Assembly: GCA_046347475.1 (NCBI GenBank)
Contig: JAXMGD010000003.1
Coordinates: 453,242 to 517,241 of the forward strand
Direction of reading: 5' to 3'
Source of the DNA: Marinagarivorans sp.
GTDB taxonomy: Bacteria; Pseudomonadota; Gammaproteobacteria; Pseudomonadales; Cellvibrionaceae
Length of the DNA stretch: 64,000 nucleotides
The first letter of the stretch is position 1. Every line of letters begins with the position of its first letter. A program made the position numbers and the translations under genes. The notes under the pieces were generated by a model. The model did not search any database and had not been told where the DNA came from. It saw nothing but the letters and a program-made list of their open reading frames with translations. Below, one piece after another: positions 1 through 9,996 of the stretch.

Positions 1-1020
1 GCGCTCCACCACAAAACGCGCTTCATCCTGCTCGTTAAAGGCGGCGTAGAGGTCGATGGGCTCGCCCTGCAGGCCTTCGGTCCAGAGGTTCTTGCCCAGG
101 CGGCCGCGATTATTGGCAATAACCGTATTGGCGGCCTCCAAAATAGTTTTACTGGAGCGGTAGTTTTGCTCTAAGCGAGTGGTTTGGGTGGCGGCAAAGT
201 GTTGGTCGAACTGCTGGATATTTTCAATGCGGGCGCCGCGCCAGCCGTAAATGGACTGGTCGTCATCCCCCACCGCCGTCACCTGCCCGCTAGTGCCCGC
301 CAGCACCCGCAGCCAGGCGTATTGCACGGCGTTGGTGTCTTGAAATTCGTCCACCAAAATATGTTTAAAGCGCTGTTGGTAGTGTTTAAGCAGGGCCGGT
401 TTGGTCAGCCACAGCTCGTGGGAGCGCAGCAGCAACTCGGCAAAATCCACCATGCCGCCGCGCTGGCAAGTCTCTTCATAACCCTGGTAAACAGCCTTCA
501 TGGTGGCCAGGTACACATCCGCCCCCTCCACTATATGGGCCGGGCGCACGCCCTCGTCTTTTTGTTCATTGATAAACCACTGCGCCTGTTTGGCGGGCCA
601 GCGCTCCTCATCTAGGTTTAGCTGTTGGCAGACGCGTTTAATCAGGCGCAACTGATCGTCGGAATCAAGGATTTGGAAGTTCTGCGGCAGCCCAGCGTCC
701 TGCCAATGGGCTTTTAATAAGCGGTGGGCAATGGAGTGAAAGGTGCCCACCCAGAGATTGCGAAAGGCGCCGCTGCTCGCTTCACCTAAAGCGGCCTGCA
801 AGCGCTCGCGCATTTCTTTGGCGGCTTTGTTGGTGAAGGTTACCGCCATAATTTGATGGGGCGACACGCCCAACACCTGCACCAGCCAGGCAATACGGTG
901 CACCAGCACGCGGGTTTTCCCCGACCCGGCCCCCGCCAGGATCAACTGATTACTCGGCTCAGCGCACACCGCCTGGCGCTGGGCATCGTTTAAGCCATCG
1001 AGGAGATAAGACACATCCAT
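1..1020 (-). CDS. uvrD: DNA helicase II UvrD, N-terminal part; gene runs off the window edge
   Basis: Reverse translation from 1020 gives MDVSYLLDGLNDAQRQAVCAEPSNQLILAGAGSGKTRVLVHRIAWLVQV..., which has Walker A GSGKT and a characteristic UvrD/Rep N-terminus. The + strand ORF 184..615 is antisense noise. Confidence 0.85.
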   Translation of the reverse strand, partial: MDVSYLLDGLNDAQRQAVCAEPSNQLILAGAGSGKTRVLVHRIAWLVQVLGVSPHQIMAVTFTNKAAKEMRERLQAALGEASSGAFRNLWVGTFHSIAHRLLKAHWQDAGLPQNFQILDSDDQLRLIKRVCQQLNLDEERWPAKQAQWFINEQKDEGVRPAHIVEGADVYLATMKAVYQGYEETCQRGGMVDFAELLLRSHELWLTKPALLKHYQQRFKHILVDEFQDTNAVQYAWLRVLAGTSGQVTAVGDDDQSIYGWRGARIENIQQFDQHFAATQTTRLEQNYRSSKTILEAANTVIANNRGRLGKNLWTEGLQGEPIDLYAAFNEQDEARFVVER

Positions 1021-1402
1021 AACCGACCACTGGGTAAATAAACAGGGGTGGGATTGTACCAGCAACGCCCGTGCTAAAAACCTGCCCAAAGGGCGCACAC
1101 GCCAAATTAAGCCCCGCGGCCAGTGTGAATGCGAGCACCCGGTGGCGGCGGCTAAGCGGTGGTATCCGCCATCAGGACCAGCAAGGTGTGAACCTGTTAA
1201 ATCTAAGATGGCGATTGGAGCCTGCTGCGTATTACCTCAGCCGTGCTTTTTTGCCAACTCTATCCCAATAGAACAACTACCGCGTGGGGGCGAGGGAGGT
1301 GTCGTTAGGCGGGTGTGTCTTGCATCGACCCCTGAGTTTTTTTGGATGTTTAACCCTGCGCAACCAGAAGCTGCTCCAACAGCTCACCCACGGAGATAAA
1401 CC

Positions 1403-4400
1403 ATGAAAAATATTTTTGTACCGGCCGCAGTACTGGGCTCGTTGTTATTAACCGGCTGCACTGGGCAGCAGAGCGAAAAACCCCCCGCTACGACACCACC
1501 GGTTACATCACCGCCTGTGACCAACAGCCGCATTAAAATCAACTCCATCACGTTTAAAGACGAATCCGTTGCCTACTACATGCGGGTGATTTCGGCGGGC
1601 AACCCTGATATGTATGCCGATGAGGTGACCTATCTTGCGCTTGATAAGGCAACTGATTTGAGCTGGTTACCCTATTTCAGCCAATTAAAAGTCTTAACGG
1701 TGAGCGGGCAGGTGCACGATAGGGTTGATTTAGCTTCTAACCCTCTGCTGGAAACGCTCGATATAAAAGCCGATTCATTATTGCTGAGCCACAATAATCG
1801 CCTGCGTGAATTAACCGCCCAGGTGAGCCATATTGAACTGCCCAGCACCGCCGCTCTTACAGTGCTGAATTTAACCCATAGCCCTGTCATCGGGCCGCAA
1901 AGTAAAGAGCTTTACCGCAGTAATAAAAACCCACTGTTGGCCAACCATTTAAAATTGGATTTAAGCCGCCAGCCAAAACTGCAACAATTGTATCTATCCG
2001 GTTCCTTTGAAGAAGTTATTTTGCCTAGCACTAGTGTGTTGGAGTATCTAACTATAAAGGGTTCTGCTACGGCACGTCTTAATGGTCTCGCCCAGCAGGC
2101 CGCTTTGAAAAGACTTGATGTGGTGTTAGATAAAAACCTGCAGGAGGTTGATGTAAGCGGGCTTAAACGGCTGGAATATCTCGCTTTAAAGGCCGATGGC
2201 ATACACAGTCTCGATATTAGTGCACTGCCTCAACTGGATGTGCTGGAGATCAATGGAGATAATTTCAGCCAGCTTGCCAGCAATACATCGCAGCCGTCCT
2301 TACATCATCTGCGCTTGATGGCACCCAAGATTTATTCGTTGGATTTAAACCCCTACCAGAATTTAAATACGTTTTTTTACGCCGACGGTGACTTAGCGCA
2401 TTTAAATGCTTCGCTGCCTAATCTTACTGATATCACTATCGGTAACGCCCCATTGGTAACGCTTAAAACAGGCAGTTGCAGTGCGTTGGCACACGTGGAA
2501 ATCGGCTATAACCTGCTGGATCAACTGGATTTAAGCCAGTGCAAATCCTTGACCGAAGCCTTTATTTTGCCCAGCACCGCGCGCACGGAGGATGTATTAA
2601 ATACACAATTAAAATTGCCCCAAGGTGTTGAGCGCGTCCTTTCTGCTGAGGCGCGGCTTCGCATCAGTGCGCTGACTCAAGAGCACATTCCCGATGCGCG
2701 TTTGTTAGCCTGTGCGCAGGCCGCAGGCAAGGCTGAAAATGCCCTCTACGTGCAGCAGTTAAAAAACATCACCTGCCGGGGCGAGAATAGCAAAGCCTAT
2801 TATCAAGCGTTTGCCAGTTTGCAAGAGGGGCGCGCCGACCCGCTCGTTAACAACTATATATTCGACCTAACTGGCCTCTCATTATTTACCGGCCTGCAAA
2901 ACTTGGATCTGGGCACTAATTGGATTAGCCAGCTGAATTTAAATGGCCTGAATAAACTTAAACGCCTGGTGGCCGACGGCAATATTATTCAGGACGCCGA
3001 CTTTTCTAATCCCGTTTTGCAGCAGGTGGATTTAAGCTCGAACCCACTGGTTCGAGTGGTTCTGCCTGAGGGGCTTGAGCAATTTAAAGCGGCTGCAGGC
3101 ATCAACTCTAATGCCTATGTCTCCTATATATTGGGTAATTATGGGCTTGATATTCTGCGCCGTGGGCCAGAGGGCAAGCTTTTATCTGTCGATGATTTTA
3201 GTAAAAAATTAAATGCGGCTGGCTGGCCTGTGTCGCTGACCGATATTCAAAGCAACCGCGTAACCTGGCCGAGTATCTCTTTGCCTGGCGCCCAGCGCCT
3301 GCGCTTTGCCGATGTGAATATTGAGGATAAAAACCTTAAGGACTGTATTCAGGAGGATTTCGTTTACGCCGATGAGGTGAAGTCTTTAAGTTGCCAAATT
3401 CGTGGAGGCCTGGGGGGCTATGTTATTCGCTCCTTTAAGGGCCTTGAGCAGCTCAGTAATTTAGAAGACGCTTTTCTTTATGGTCTTGATCTGCGCGCGG
3501 CGGATTTAAGCCCACTGAAAAACCTTAAAAAATTAACTATTGGTGATAGCCAAATAGGCGAGTTGAACTTTGGTCACTTGCCTGCGCTGGAGGAATTCTC
3601 CTTAAATAATTTTGGCGTCGTATCATCGCCTAATTTAACACTCGATCTTGCGCAGAATACCTATCTGCGGCGTTTAAATGCATCAGGCATTGGCCAGATT
3701 AAATTGCCCGAGTCCGACAGCCTGGAGTTTTTAACGCTGCGAACCGCGCATGATTCAATTTCGACGGATAATAAATATCCAGACCTGGATCTTTCTCACT
3801 ACACACACTTATACAAAGTAGACATAGACAATCGAGTGGGTGTGCTCACATTGCCTGCCAGCTCTAAATTAGATTCGCTCTCATGTTTTCGCTGTAAACC
3901 CCAACAATTGCTCAACCTGAATCAACAAGAGCGCTTGACCAAGCTCTCTTTTACAGCCCCCTCCGAATGGACTCAACTGGACTTAGCGAACCTGCCTCGC
4001 CTAAACAGCCTGAATCTTGAAGCGCCAAACCTGCAAGGCCTTAACCTTGCTGAAAACCTGCGCTTAAGTGAGTTAATTTTAAATGCGCCGCAGTTAACCC
4101 AGCTGCGCACACCGGCAGTAAGCGGCCTGACAGGTGTGCAATTAACCGCCCCCAAACTGACGCAATTGAATACAGCGGCCATGCCTAAATTGCTGAATCT
4201 CACAGTGAATGAACATGGTTTTAAACAACTGGATCTGTCAGCGTCTAGCCAATTAAAGCAATTGCAATTGGGAGATGGCATGCTGCAGTTATTAACCTTG
4301 GGTGACAATCGCCACCTTGCGGATGTGAATATAGGTGCAGGTAAAATTAAAGCCCTGGATTTTTCTCGCTTAAGCGCATTAAAAAATCTGCGCATCGGCC

Positions 4401-5182
4401 GCAACCCCTTGCAGAGTTTAGATTTACAGGCCAACACGGCATTAATGTCGCTCAGCTATACCGAACCGGCCCCTGCAAATATGCAGCTTCCCACCCTGGA
4501 TTTTGATTTGCCGGTAATCATTGAGCCTGCGGTTAAAAAAATACAGGAATTAACCCAAGCAGATGTGCCGGATGAACTATTGCGCAAGTGCATAATGTCT
4601 ACGGCATTAAAACAGGGCATCGAATTTGTGGATGAATTAACTGAGTTGTCCTGCAGAGGGCTTGATAGCAAGGACCGTACGGTTGCTATGAGCCACTATG
4701 CCAGTGGCGAGAGCCTTAAAGGTTATGCTTGTTGTATCTTCGACCTCAAAGGCCTACGGTTTTTTTACAATCTTAGAACCATCGATTTCACCGGTAATTG
4801 GATTAGCAATGTTTTATTTGAGGACATAAATCTGCCTAAACTTAACTCTCTGAATTTGGATCACAACGCTATTCAAACTCTGGCATTACTTCCTCAGCGA
4901 GGGTTTGGAGGCAGCATTTTCACCCGCTCGATTCGCAACCTCAGTCTTAATGCCAACCCCCTAAGCCATTTGATATTGCCATTTGAATTGCAGTATTTAG
5001 CGGCCTCTGCAGGGGATGACTGGATTTATACCCAAGCAGTCATTGCCTCACAATATAAAAAAGAGCCTATGTTAGATTGGGTCACGCGCTCGCCTCTTAC
5101 AATGAATGAGTACAAAAGACCATTTACGGTAGATTTTTATGGTGAAATGCTCTTTATTGATTCACCTAAATATGCCCGCTGA
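1403..5182 (+). CDS. Large leucine-rich-repeat (LRR) lipoprotein, 1259 aa
   Basis: Signal peptide with lipobox LLLTGC. Dozens of LxxLxLxxNxIxxL units along the whole protein (e.g. LQNLDLGTNWISQLNLNGLNKLKRLVADGNII). Has its own intrinsic terminator. Confidence 0.85.
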   Translation: MKNIFVPAAVLGSLLLTGCTGQQSEKPPATTPPVTSPPVTNSRIKINSITFKDESVAYYMRVISAGNPDMYADEVTYLALDKATDLSWLPYFSQLKVLTVSGQVHDRVDLASNPLLETLDIKADSLLLSHNNRLRELTAQVSHIELPSTAALTVLNLTHSPVIGPQSKELYRSNKNPLLANHLKLDLSRQPKLQQLYLSGSFEEVILPSTSVLEYLTIKGSATARLNGLAQQAALKRLDVVLDKNLQEVDVSGLKRLEYLALKADGIHSLDISALPQLDVLEINGDNFSQLASNTSQPSLHHLRLMAPKIYSLDLNPYQNLNTFFYADGDLAHLNASLPNLTDITIGNAPLVTLKTGSCSALAHVEIGYNLLDQLDLSQCKSLTEAFILPSTARTEDVLNTQLKLPQGVERVLSAEARLRISALTQEHIPDARLLACAQAAGKAENALYVQQLKNITCRGENSKAYYQAFASLQEGRADPLVNNYIFDLTGLSLFTGLQNLDLGTNWISQLNLNGLNKLKRLVADGNIIQDADFSNPVLQQVDLSSNPLVRVVLPEGLEQFKAAAGINSNAYVSYILGNYGLDILRRGPEGKLLSVDDFSKKLNAAGWPVSLTDIQSNRVTWPSISLPGAQRLRFADVNIEDKNLKDCIQEDFVYADEVKSLSCQIRGGLGGYVIRSFKGLEQLSNLEDAFLYGLDLRAADLSPLKNLKKLTIGDSQIGELNFGHLPALEEFSLNNFGVVSSPNLTLDLAQNTYLRRLNASGIGQIKLPESDSLEFLTLRTAHDSISTDNKYPDLDLSHYTHLYKVDIDNRVGVLTLPASSKLDSLSCFRCKPQQLLNLNQQERLTKLSFTAPSEWTQLDLANLPRLNSLNLEAPNLQGLNLAENLRLSELILNAPQLTQLRTPAVSGLTGVQLTAPKLTQLNTAAMPKLLNLTVNEHGFKQLDLSASSQLKQLQLGDGMLQLLTLGDNRHLADVNIGAGKIKALDFSRLSALKNLRIGRNPLQSLDLQANTALMSLSYTEPAPANMQLPTLDFDLPVIIEPAVKKIQELTQADVPDELLRKCIMSTALKQGIEFVDELTELSCRGLDSKDRTVAMSHYASGESLKGYACCIFDLKGLRFFYNLRTIDFTGNWISNVLFEDINLPKLNSLNLDHNAIQTLALLPQRGFGGSIFTRSIRNLSLNANPLSHLILPFELQYLAASAGDDWIYTQAVIASQYKKEPMLDWVTRSPLTMNEYKRPFTVDFYGEMLFIDSPKYAR

Positions 5183-5240
5183 GGGTTTTAAACACTCAGT
5201 TTTCATCGGCGCAATAAAACTTTTTCTATAAACGCGCCGC

Positions 5241-5278
5241 AACAAAAAAAGCGTTGTACCCAGTGCAACGCTTTTTTA
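5241..5278. terminator. Bidirectional rho-independent terminator between convergent genes
   Basis: A-tract aacaaaaaaa, hairpin gcgttgtacccagtgcaacgc (5251-5271), then T-tract tttttt. Confidence 0.7.
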
Positions 5279-5447
5279 TGGGCAGGTTTGATGTGGATGT
5301 ACAACTTATTTAATATCCAGTGATTCATGGCGGAGGCGGCGTCTAGCTGAGCCAAGGTCACTGCATCGACGGCTTCGTTCGCCCTGGGTCTGTCGATGCA
5401 TGGTTCTAAACCAAAGACCCTAGCCACCAGGCTTTCCCGGCAAAAAC

Positions 5448-6647
5448 TTAAGAAATAGGTTTTACCTTCCAAGCCACCCACATACCGACCAAGGTCAGCC
5501 CACAACTGATATACCCCACCCAATCGTAATGCACCAAGCGGCCCGCCTCGTCGCTGGTCATGATGTAGCCTGCCAGCATGGCGGCAAGGCCGGAGCCTAG
5601 GTTCATCACCGCCGAATTAAACGACATCACCCGGCCGCGATATTGCGGCGTGCAGCTGGCGGTGACCATGGCGGAGCAGGGGATGTAGCGGCCGGAGACA
5701 AAAACAAAAAATAAACCTGCCACCAAAAGCTGGTAGGCCAGGCCCAAAGGCAAGCTTTGGGAGACCAGCACTATGGGCAAAAGGCTTACGGCCATGAGTA
5801 CATTTAACACCAGAGCGTGGCGGTGGCGGTCGGTGATGCGGCCAATCAATGGCCGAGTAACCAGAGTGAGCGCGCCGCCGAGTAGGTAGATATAGGGCAA
5901 TTGGCTATGGCTTAAACCCGCGTTGGATACCAGTGACGGCGCTATGTAGGGGATGGTCATAAAGCCCGCCAGCATCACCATAAACGAGGTGGCAAAAGCC
6001 CAGAGGTGGTTGGCGTTACTCAACAAGCCCCGATAACTTTGCAGCAGGTTTTCGTGTTGGGCGGCTATATGCTCAGTAAGGCTCGGCACCCACACCCAGC
6101 AGCCCACAAATACCACACAGGCAACCGCCGCCACCGCAATAAACGGCGCTTGCCAGGCGAAGTGATCGGCAATCCAGATTCCGGCGGGCACACCGGCCAC
6201 GCTCGCTAAGGAAAACGCCAGCATTACCACACCCATGGCGCGGCCGCGCCGCTCAAATGGAACCACATCGCCCACTATAGCCATCACTATGGAAGTGGCC
6301 ACGCCACCAAATAGGCCCGCCAAGCAGCGCGCTACCAGCATTAAGAGGTGATTGGGCGCCAGGGCGCAGGCGGCGGTGGCGAGGATAAGGCCGCCGTAGC
6401 TGATGAGCAAAACTCTGCGCCGGTCGTAGCGGTCGAGAATGGCCGATGCCACCAGGGCGGTAATCCCGGCTGTTAGGGAGTAGGCGGAGATTAACAGGCC
6501 AAACTGCCCGGTGCTGATATCAAACACCGCCATCAGTTGGGCTGAGAGGGGCATCATGATCATAAAATCAAGGATGTTGGTGAACTGGGCTGCCATCAAG
6601 GTGAGCAGGAGCAGCTGTTCGCGGCGGGGGCTTAAAGCCTGGGGCAT
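5448..6647 (-). CDS. MFS transporter
   Basis: 399 aa with 12 predicted TM helices and typical MFS loop motifs (DRYDRRRVLL). Confidence 0.85.
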   Translation of the reverse strand: MPQALSPRREQLLLLTLMAAQFTNILDFMIMMPLSAQLMAVFDISTGQFGLLISAYSLTAGITALVASAILDRYDRRRVLLISYGGLILATAACALAPNHLLMLVARCLAGLFGGVATSIVMAIVGDVVPFERRGRAMGVVMLAFSLASVAGVPAGIWIADHFAWQAPFIAVAAVACVVFVGCWVWVPSLTEHIAAQHENLLQSYRGLLSNANHLWAFATSFMVMLAGFMTIPYIAPSLVSNAGLSHSQLPYIYLLGGALTLVTRPLIGRITDRHRHALVLNVLMAVSLLPIVLVSQSLPLGLAYQLLVAGLFFVFVSGRYIPCSAMVTASCTPQYRGRVMSFNSAVMNLGSGLAAMLAGYIMTSDEAGRLVHYDWVGYISCGLTLVGMWVAWKVKPIS

Positions 6648-7079
6648 AGAGAAAAACCTGGGGTAGGAATTATAGGGTTGGTGGCAGCAAGGGGTTTTGG
6701 GGTTTGAATGTACGCCTGCGCCGGTGTGGCAGGATGCTATAGCCTGCCGCTGGGTTTGTCAGAAATTTCTGGCTTGTTTTAACCGTCAAAGACCCGTCAG
6801 ACGTTTCGGTAGGAGCCTGTAAATCAGCCGCCGTGACGGCCCGTTGTCAGCTGCAACCTATTGAAAAATATAGGCCTTTCCATTTATCCGGCGGCTTTGC
6901 CGCCTGTCGCAGTCTGCTGGCCTTAGGGCCTAAAACTCCGCATACGCCGCCAATGCTGCAAAGCGGTGATTTCTCTAGCCCCTCGGCCAATCACCCCTAT
7001 CACTATGGACAATTTCGCACACGAAGAAGCGTTCGTAGCGACTAAACGCCCCTGCAAATTTGAACCATACTGTCTTCAA

Positions 7080-8075
7080 GTTGAGGCGCTAAGGAATGAG
7101 GCGTTTGCAAACCTAAGGAAAGGGTTATTAGGGTTTAAGAGCCGGATAGAGTTACCAAGGAATAAGTTACCAAGGAGTAACCAAAAGGATTGTTTAAGGA
7201 GCGCGCTGGAGAGTAGCAAGGATCGGCACACGGGAGCGAACTAAAACAGGGAGCCGCTTTTGGGAGGATACAAGGATTTAATTGGGAGCCAGTAAAGGGA
7301 TTAACCCTGGGAGAGAAGAGGGAAGGGCTTAGCGGGGCTAAGCCTGTAACAGGAACACCCACAAGGACGCACGCACAGGAACACAGACAAAGGACTAGGG
7401 CATAAGGAGCACCTACTGTCGCAGGAGGAATAGGAAGGGAGTTGAATAAAGGATAAATACTGGGAGTACACAAAGGATCAAACTGAGAAGGCAATAGGGA
7501 CGGCGGTACACAACAGCATGGTAATGGACACAGCGCCCCTGGCGCAGTGCGTGGAAGGGAGCTGCGCATTAAGGAGCACGAGTAGGTGCAGTGAGGGCAT
7601 ACAAGGAGCCGAAACGGATGGGGGTTATGGATTGCTGCAGGATGAGAGCTGATGGAATGGGGTTTAAACGGAGTACCGAAGGATCAATCCTGTGGAAACA
7701 GGTTTAAGGACGCATGAGAAACCAAGGATACTCACTAAAGGAATGTCACCAAGGGACATTGATAGATGGAGCTGGCAGGAACCGCGTTGGAGTACGCAGC
7801 AAGCCTGAGGAGCGGGCTGCCGGTACAGATTGATTAGGGACCTTCGTGTATCAGGGACATACAGGTATCAGGGACATACAGGTATCAGGGACATAATAGG
7901 AGCCAGACAACAGGAAACTACGGGGCCCGCTAGGCTGTTTGCTTGCCGCAGCGGAACAATTTGGCACCTCTCCAACGGAATGGCCTATCAAGCAAACTCA
8001 TAAGCAAAATGGCGATACATGACTGATTCAATTCGGCTGGCCCTAAATACACAGTATTTGGGGCTTCGTTTTTTT
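7080..8075 (+). ncRNA. Candidate CsrB/RsmZ-family CsrA-sequestering sRNA (unusually long, GGA-motif-rich)
   Basis: No long ORF in any frame. Extreme purine bias on the + strand only. About 60 GGA motifs, many in AAGGA / CAAGGA(N) context. Tandem 15-bp units gttaccaaggaNtaa x2 (7150-7179) and 17-bp units gtatcagggacatacag x3 (7847-7897). Ends in a strong intrinsic terminator at 8040-8075. Confidence 0.45.
8040..8075 (+). terminator. Rho-independent terminator
   Basis: 11-bp stem gccctaaatac / gtatttggggc with loop aca, followed by ttcgttttttt. Confidence 0.75.
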
Positions 8076-8084
8076 AGGTCTGGC

Positions 8085-9406
8085 GAGAGTGTAAACCAGA
8101 TTGTGTAACCGCCCATTGTTGAATAGGGTTTGGCGACCCGCCAAATAAGAGGCAACACAATGGACACCAACACACTGAAAACCCTCGCGCAAGAGCTGGC
8201 CAAAGGGATAAAAACCCCATCTGACCTCAATGCCTTCAGCGCACAACTGACCAAAATGGTGGTAGAAGCCGCGCTGAATGCTGAATTGACTGAACACCTA
8301 GGCTACCCCGCCCACGCCAAAGAAGGGCGCAACGGGGGCAATAGTCGCAATGGCAGCACCCCGAAGAAGCTCAAGGGCGACCACGGCGAAATAATCATCA
8401 ATACGCCCCGTGACCGCGACGGCAGCTTTGAACCGCTGTTAATTAAAAAAGGTCAAACGCGTTTTACGTCCATGGATGAACAAATTCTCAGTCTCTATGC
8501 TCGGGGTATGAGCACACGCGATATTGTGGCTGCATTTCAGGAAATGTACGGCGCTGAGGTTTCGGCGGGGCTGATATCCAAAGTGACCAACGCAGTATTG
8601 GAGCAGGTTGTTCAATGGCAAAATCGACCGCTGGAGGCGGTTTACCCCATCCTGTATTTAGATTGCATCCACATCAAAATTCGCCACGACAAGCGCGTGA
8701 TCAACAAAGCGATGTATTTAGCCTTGGGCGTTAATCTACAGGGTCAAAAAGAATTATTAGGCCTGTGGGTGTCTGAAAATGAAGACGCCAAATTTTGGCT
8801 TCAGGTGCTTACAGAGCTTAAAAATCGCGGGGTTGAACAGATTTTAATTGCCTGTGTCGACGGCCTGACGGGGTTCCCGGCGGCAATCAATGCTGCTTAT
8901 CCCGATGCACGCATTCAGCTGTGTATTATTCATATGACACGCAATTCTTTAAAATATGTATCCTGGAAAGACTATCGGGCGGTGACGGGCGATTTAAAGA
9001 AAATATATCAATCAACCACTGAGGCGGAGGCGTTAATGGAGCTGGATAATTTTGCTAGAACCTGGGATGAAAAGTATCCGCACATAAGCCAATCCTGGCG
9101 AAATCACTGGCCCAACTTGATTACGCTCTTTAATTTTCCTGCCGATATTCGCAAGGTGATCTATACCACGAATGCGATCGAATCGTTAAATAGCGTTATT
9201 CGCAAGGCGGTAAAAACACGCAAACTCTTTCCGAGTGACGAATCGGCTACCAAGGTGATATTTCTTGCTATCCAGGCAGCTTCTAAGAAATGGACCATGC
9301 CGATACGTAACTGGAAAGAGGCTATGAATCACTTTATCATCGAATTTGAGCCGCAGTTAAGGGCTCATATTTAGGCGGGTGGTTACACAGAATGGTTTAC
9401 AGTCTC
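8085..9406 (+). mobile_element. IS256-family insertion sequence, intact
   Basis: Left inverted repeat gagagtgtaaaccagattgtgtaaccgccc. Right inverted repeat (reverse complement) gagactgtaaaccattctgtgtaaccaccc. Element about 1.32 kb, flanked by 8-bp direct repeats GGTCTGGC (8077-8084 and 9407-9414). Confidence 0.85.
8130..9374 (+). CDS. IS256-family (Mutator-like) DDE transposase
   Basis: 414 aa with motifs YLDCIHIKIR and LCIIHMTRNS typical of the Transposase_mut family. True start may be the internal Met (MDTNTLK). Confidence 0.85.
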   Translation: MATRQIRGNTMDTNTLKTLAQELAKGIKTPSDLNAFSAQLTKMVVEAALNAELTEHLGYPAHAKEGRNGGNSRNGSTPKKLKGDHGEIIINTPRDRDGSFEPLLIKKGQTRFTSMDEQILSLYARGMSTRDIVAAFQEMYGAEVSAGLISKVTNAVLEQVVQWQNRPLEAVYPILYLDCIHIKIRHDKRVINKAMYLALGVNLQGQKELLGLWVSENEDAKFWLQVLTELKNRGVEQILIACVDGLTGFPAAINAAYPDARIQLCIIHMTRNSLKYVSWKDYRAVTGDLKKIYQSTTEAEALMELDNFARTWDEKYPHISQSWRNHWPNLITLFNFPADIRKVIYTTNAIESLNSVIRKAVKTRKLFPSDESATKVIFLAIQAASKKWTMPIRNWKEAMNHFIIEFEPQLRAHI

Positions 9407-9996
9407 GGTCTGGCATTCGGCCAGTAGCTCCCCGCTGAATGACGCTGCCTCCTTTTGGGGCTTAAACGAATCCTCTTGGGCGTAATAAACGCTTGGGGGC
9501 GCAGGGTTCACCGCCCACTTAAGTTAAGTGAATCATTAGCCTGCTCCAGTAAATCCGCATTGCGGTTCCCATCTCGCTGGATGTTATTGCCAATCCAGCG
9601 GCTCAGTCTGCAACGGGTATACGCCTTGCTCAACACGCAGCATTTTTAACCCCGCCCATAGCGCAGGATTGACTTGGTTGAACTTAAGAAGGAGCAGCTA
9701 GCTTGTGCGCTGCTCATCCATTCACTATCAACGCACTTGCCCCTTCAGCCAATGGCCTCTCCCACCGCCACTTTTGTTGCTGATGCCTCATCAATACAGG
9801 TTTCTGTTCTGCGTGGAGAGGGGGAATGCTTCGGTCAAAGGCCATTTAGCCTGCTAAGCTTTGGAGAGGCTTGCGCCTGAGTGTTTCGGAAAAATGCCAA
9901 GAAAATCACGTCATTAAAAGCCTGTGGCCAATTTCCGGCCAACGGGTAGTAACTGTGTTATAACTTAGCGAAAAATAACAGCATAAGGGTCTGTTC

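Noticed and set aside
184-615. 143-aa + strand ORF
   Set aside because: It lies antisense inside the clearly recognisable uvrD reading frame on the minus strand. It is a frame artefact of a GC-rich gene.
7135-7569. 144-aa minus-strand ORF (P/L/C/S-rich)
   Set aside because: It is low-complexity and pyrimidine-rich on the strand opposite a purine-rich non-coding region. It has no start context and no homologue pattern.
7847-7897. Three tandem 17-bp repeats, possible CRISPR
   Set aside because: The repeats are directly adjacent with no spacers and sit inside the GGA-rich RNA candidate. This is a simple tandem duplication, not a CRISPR array.
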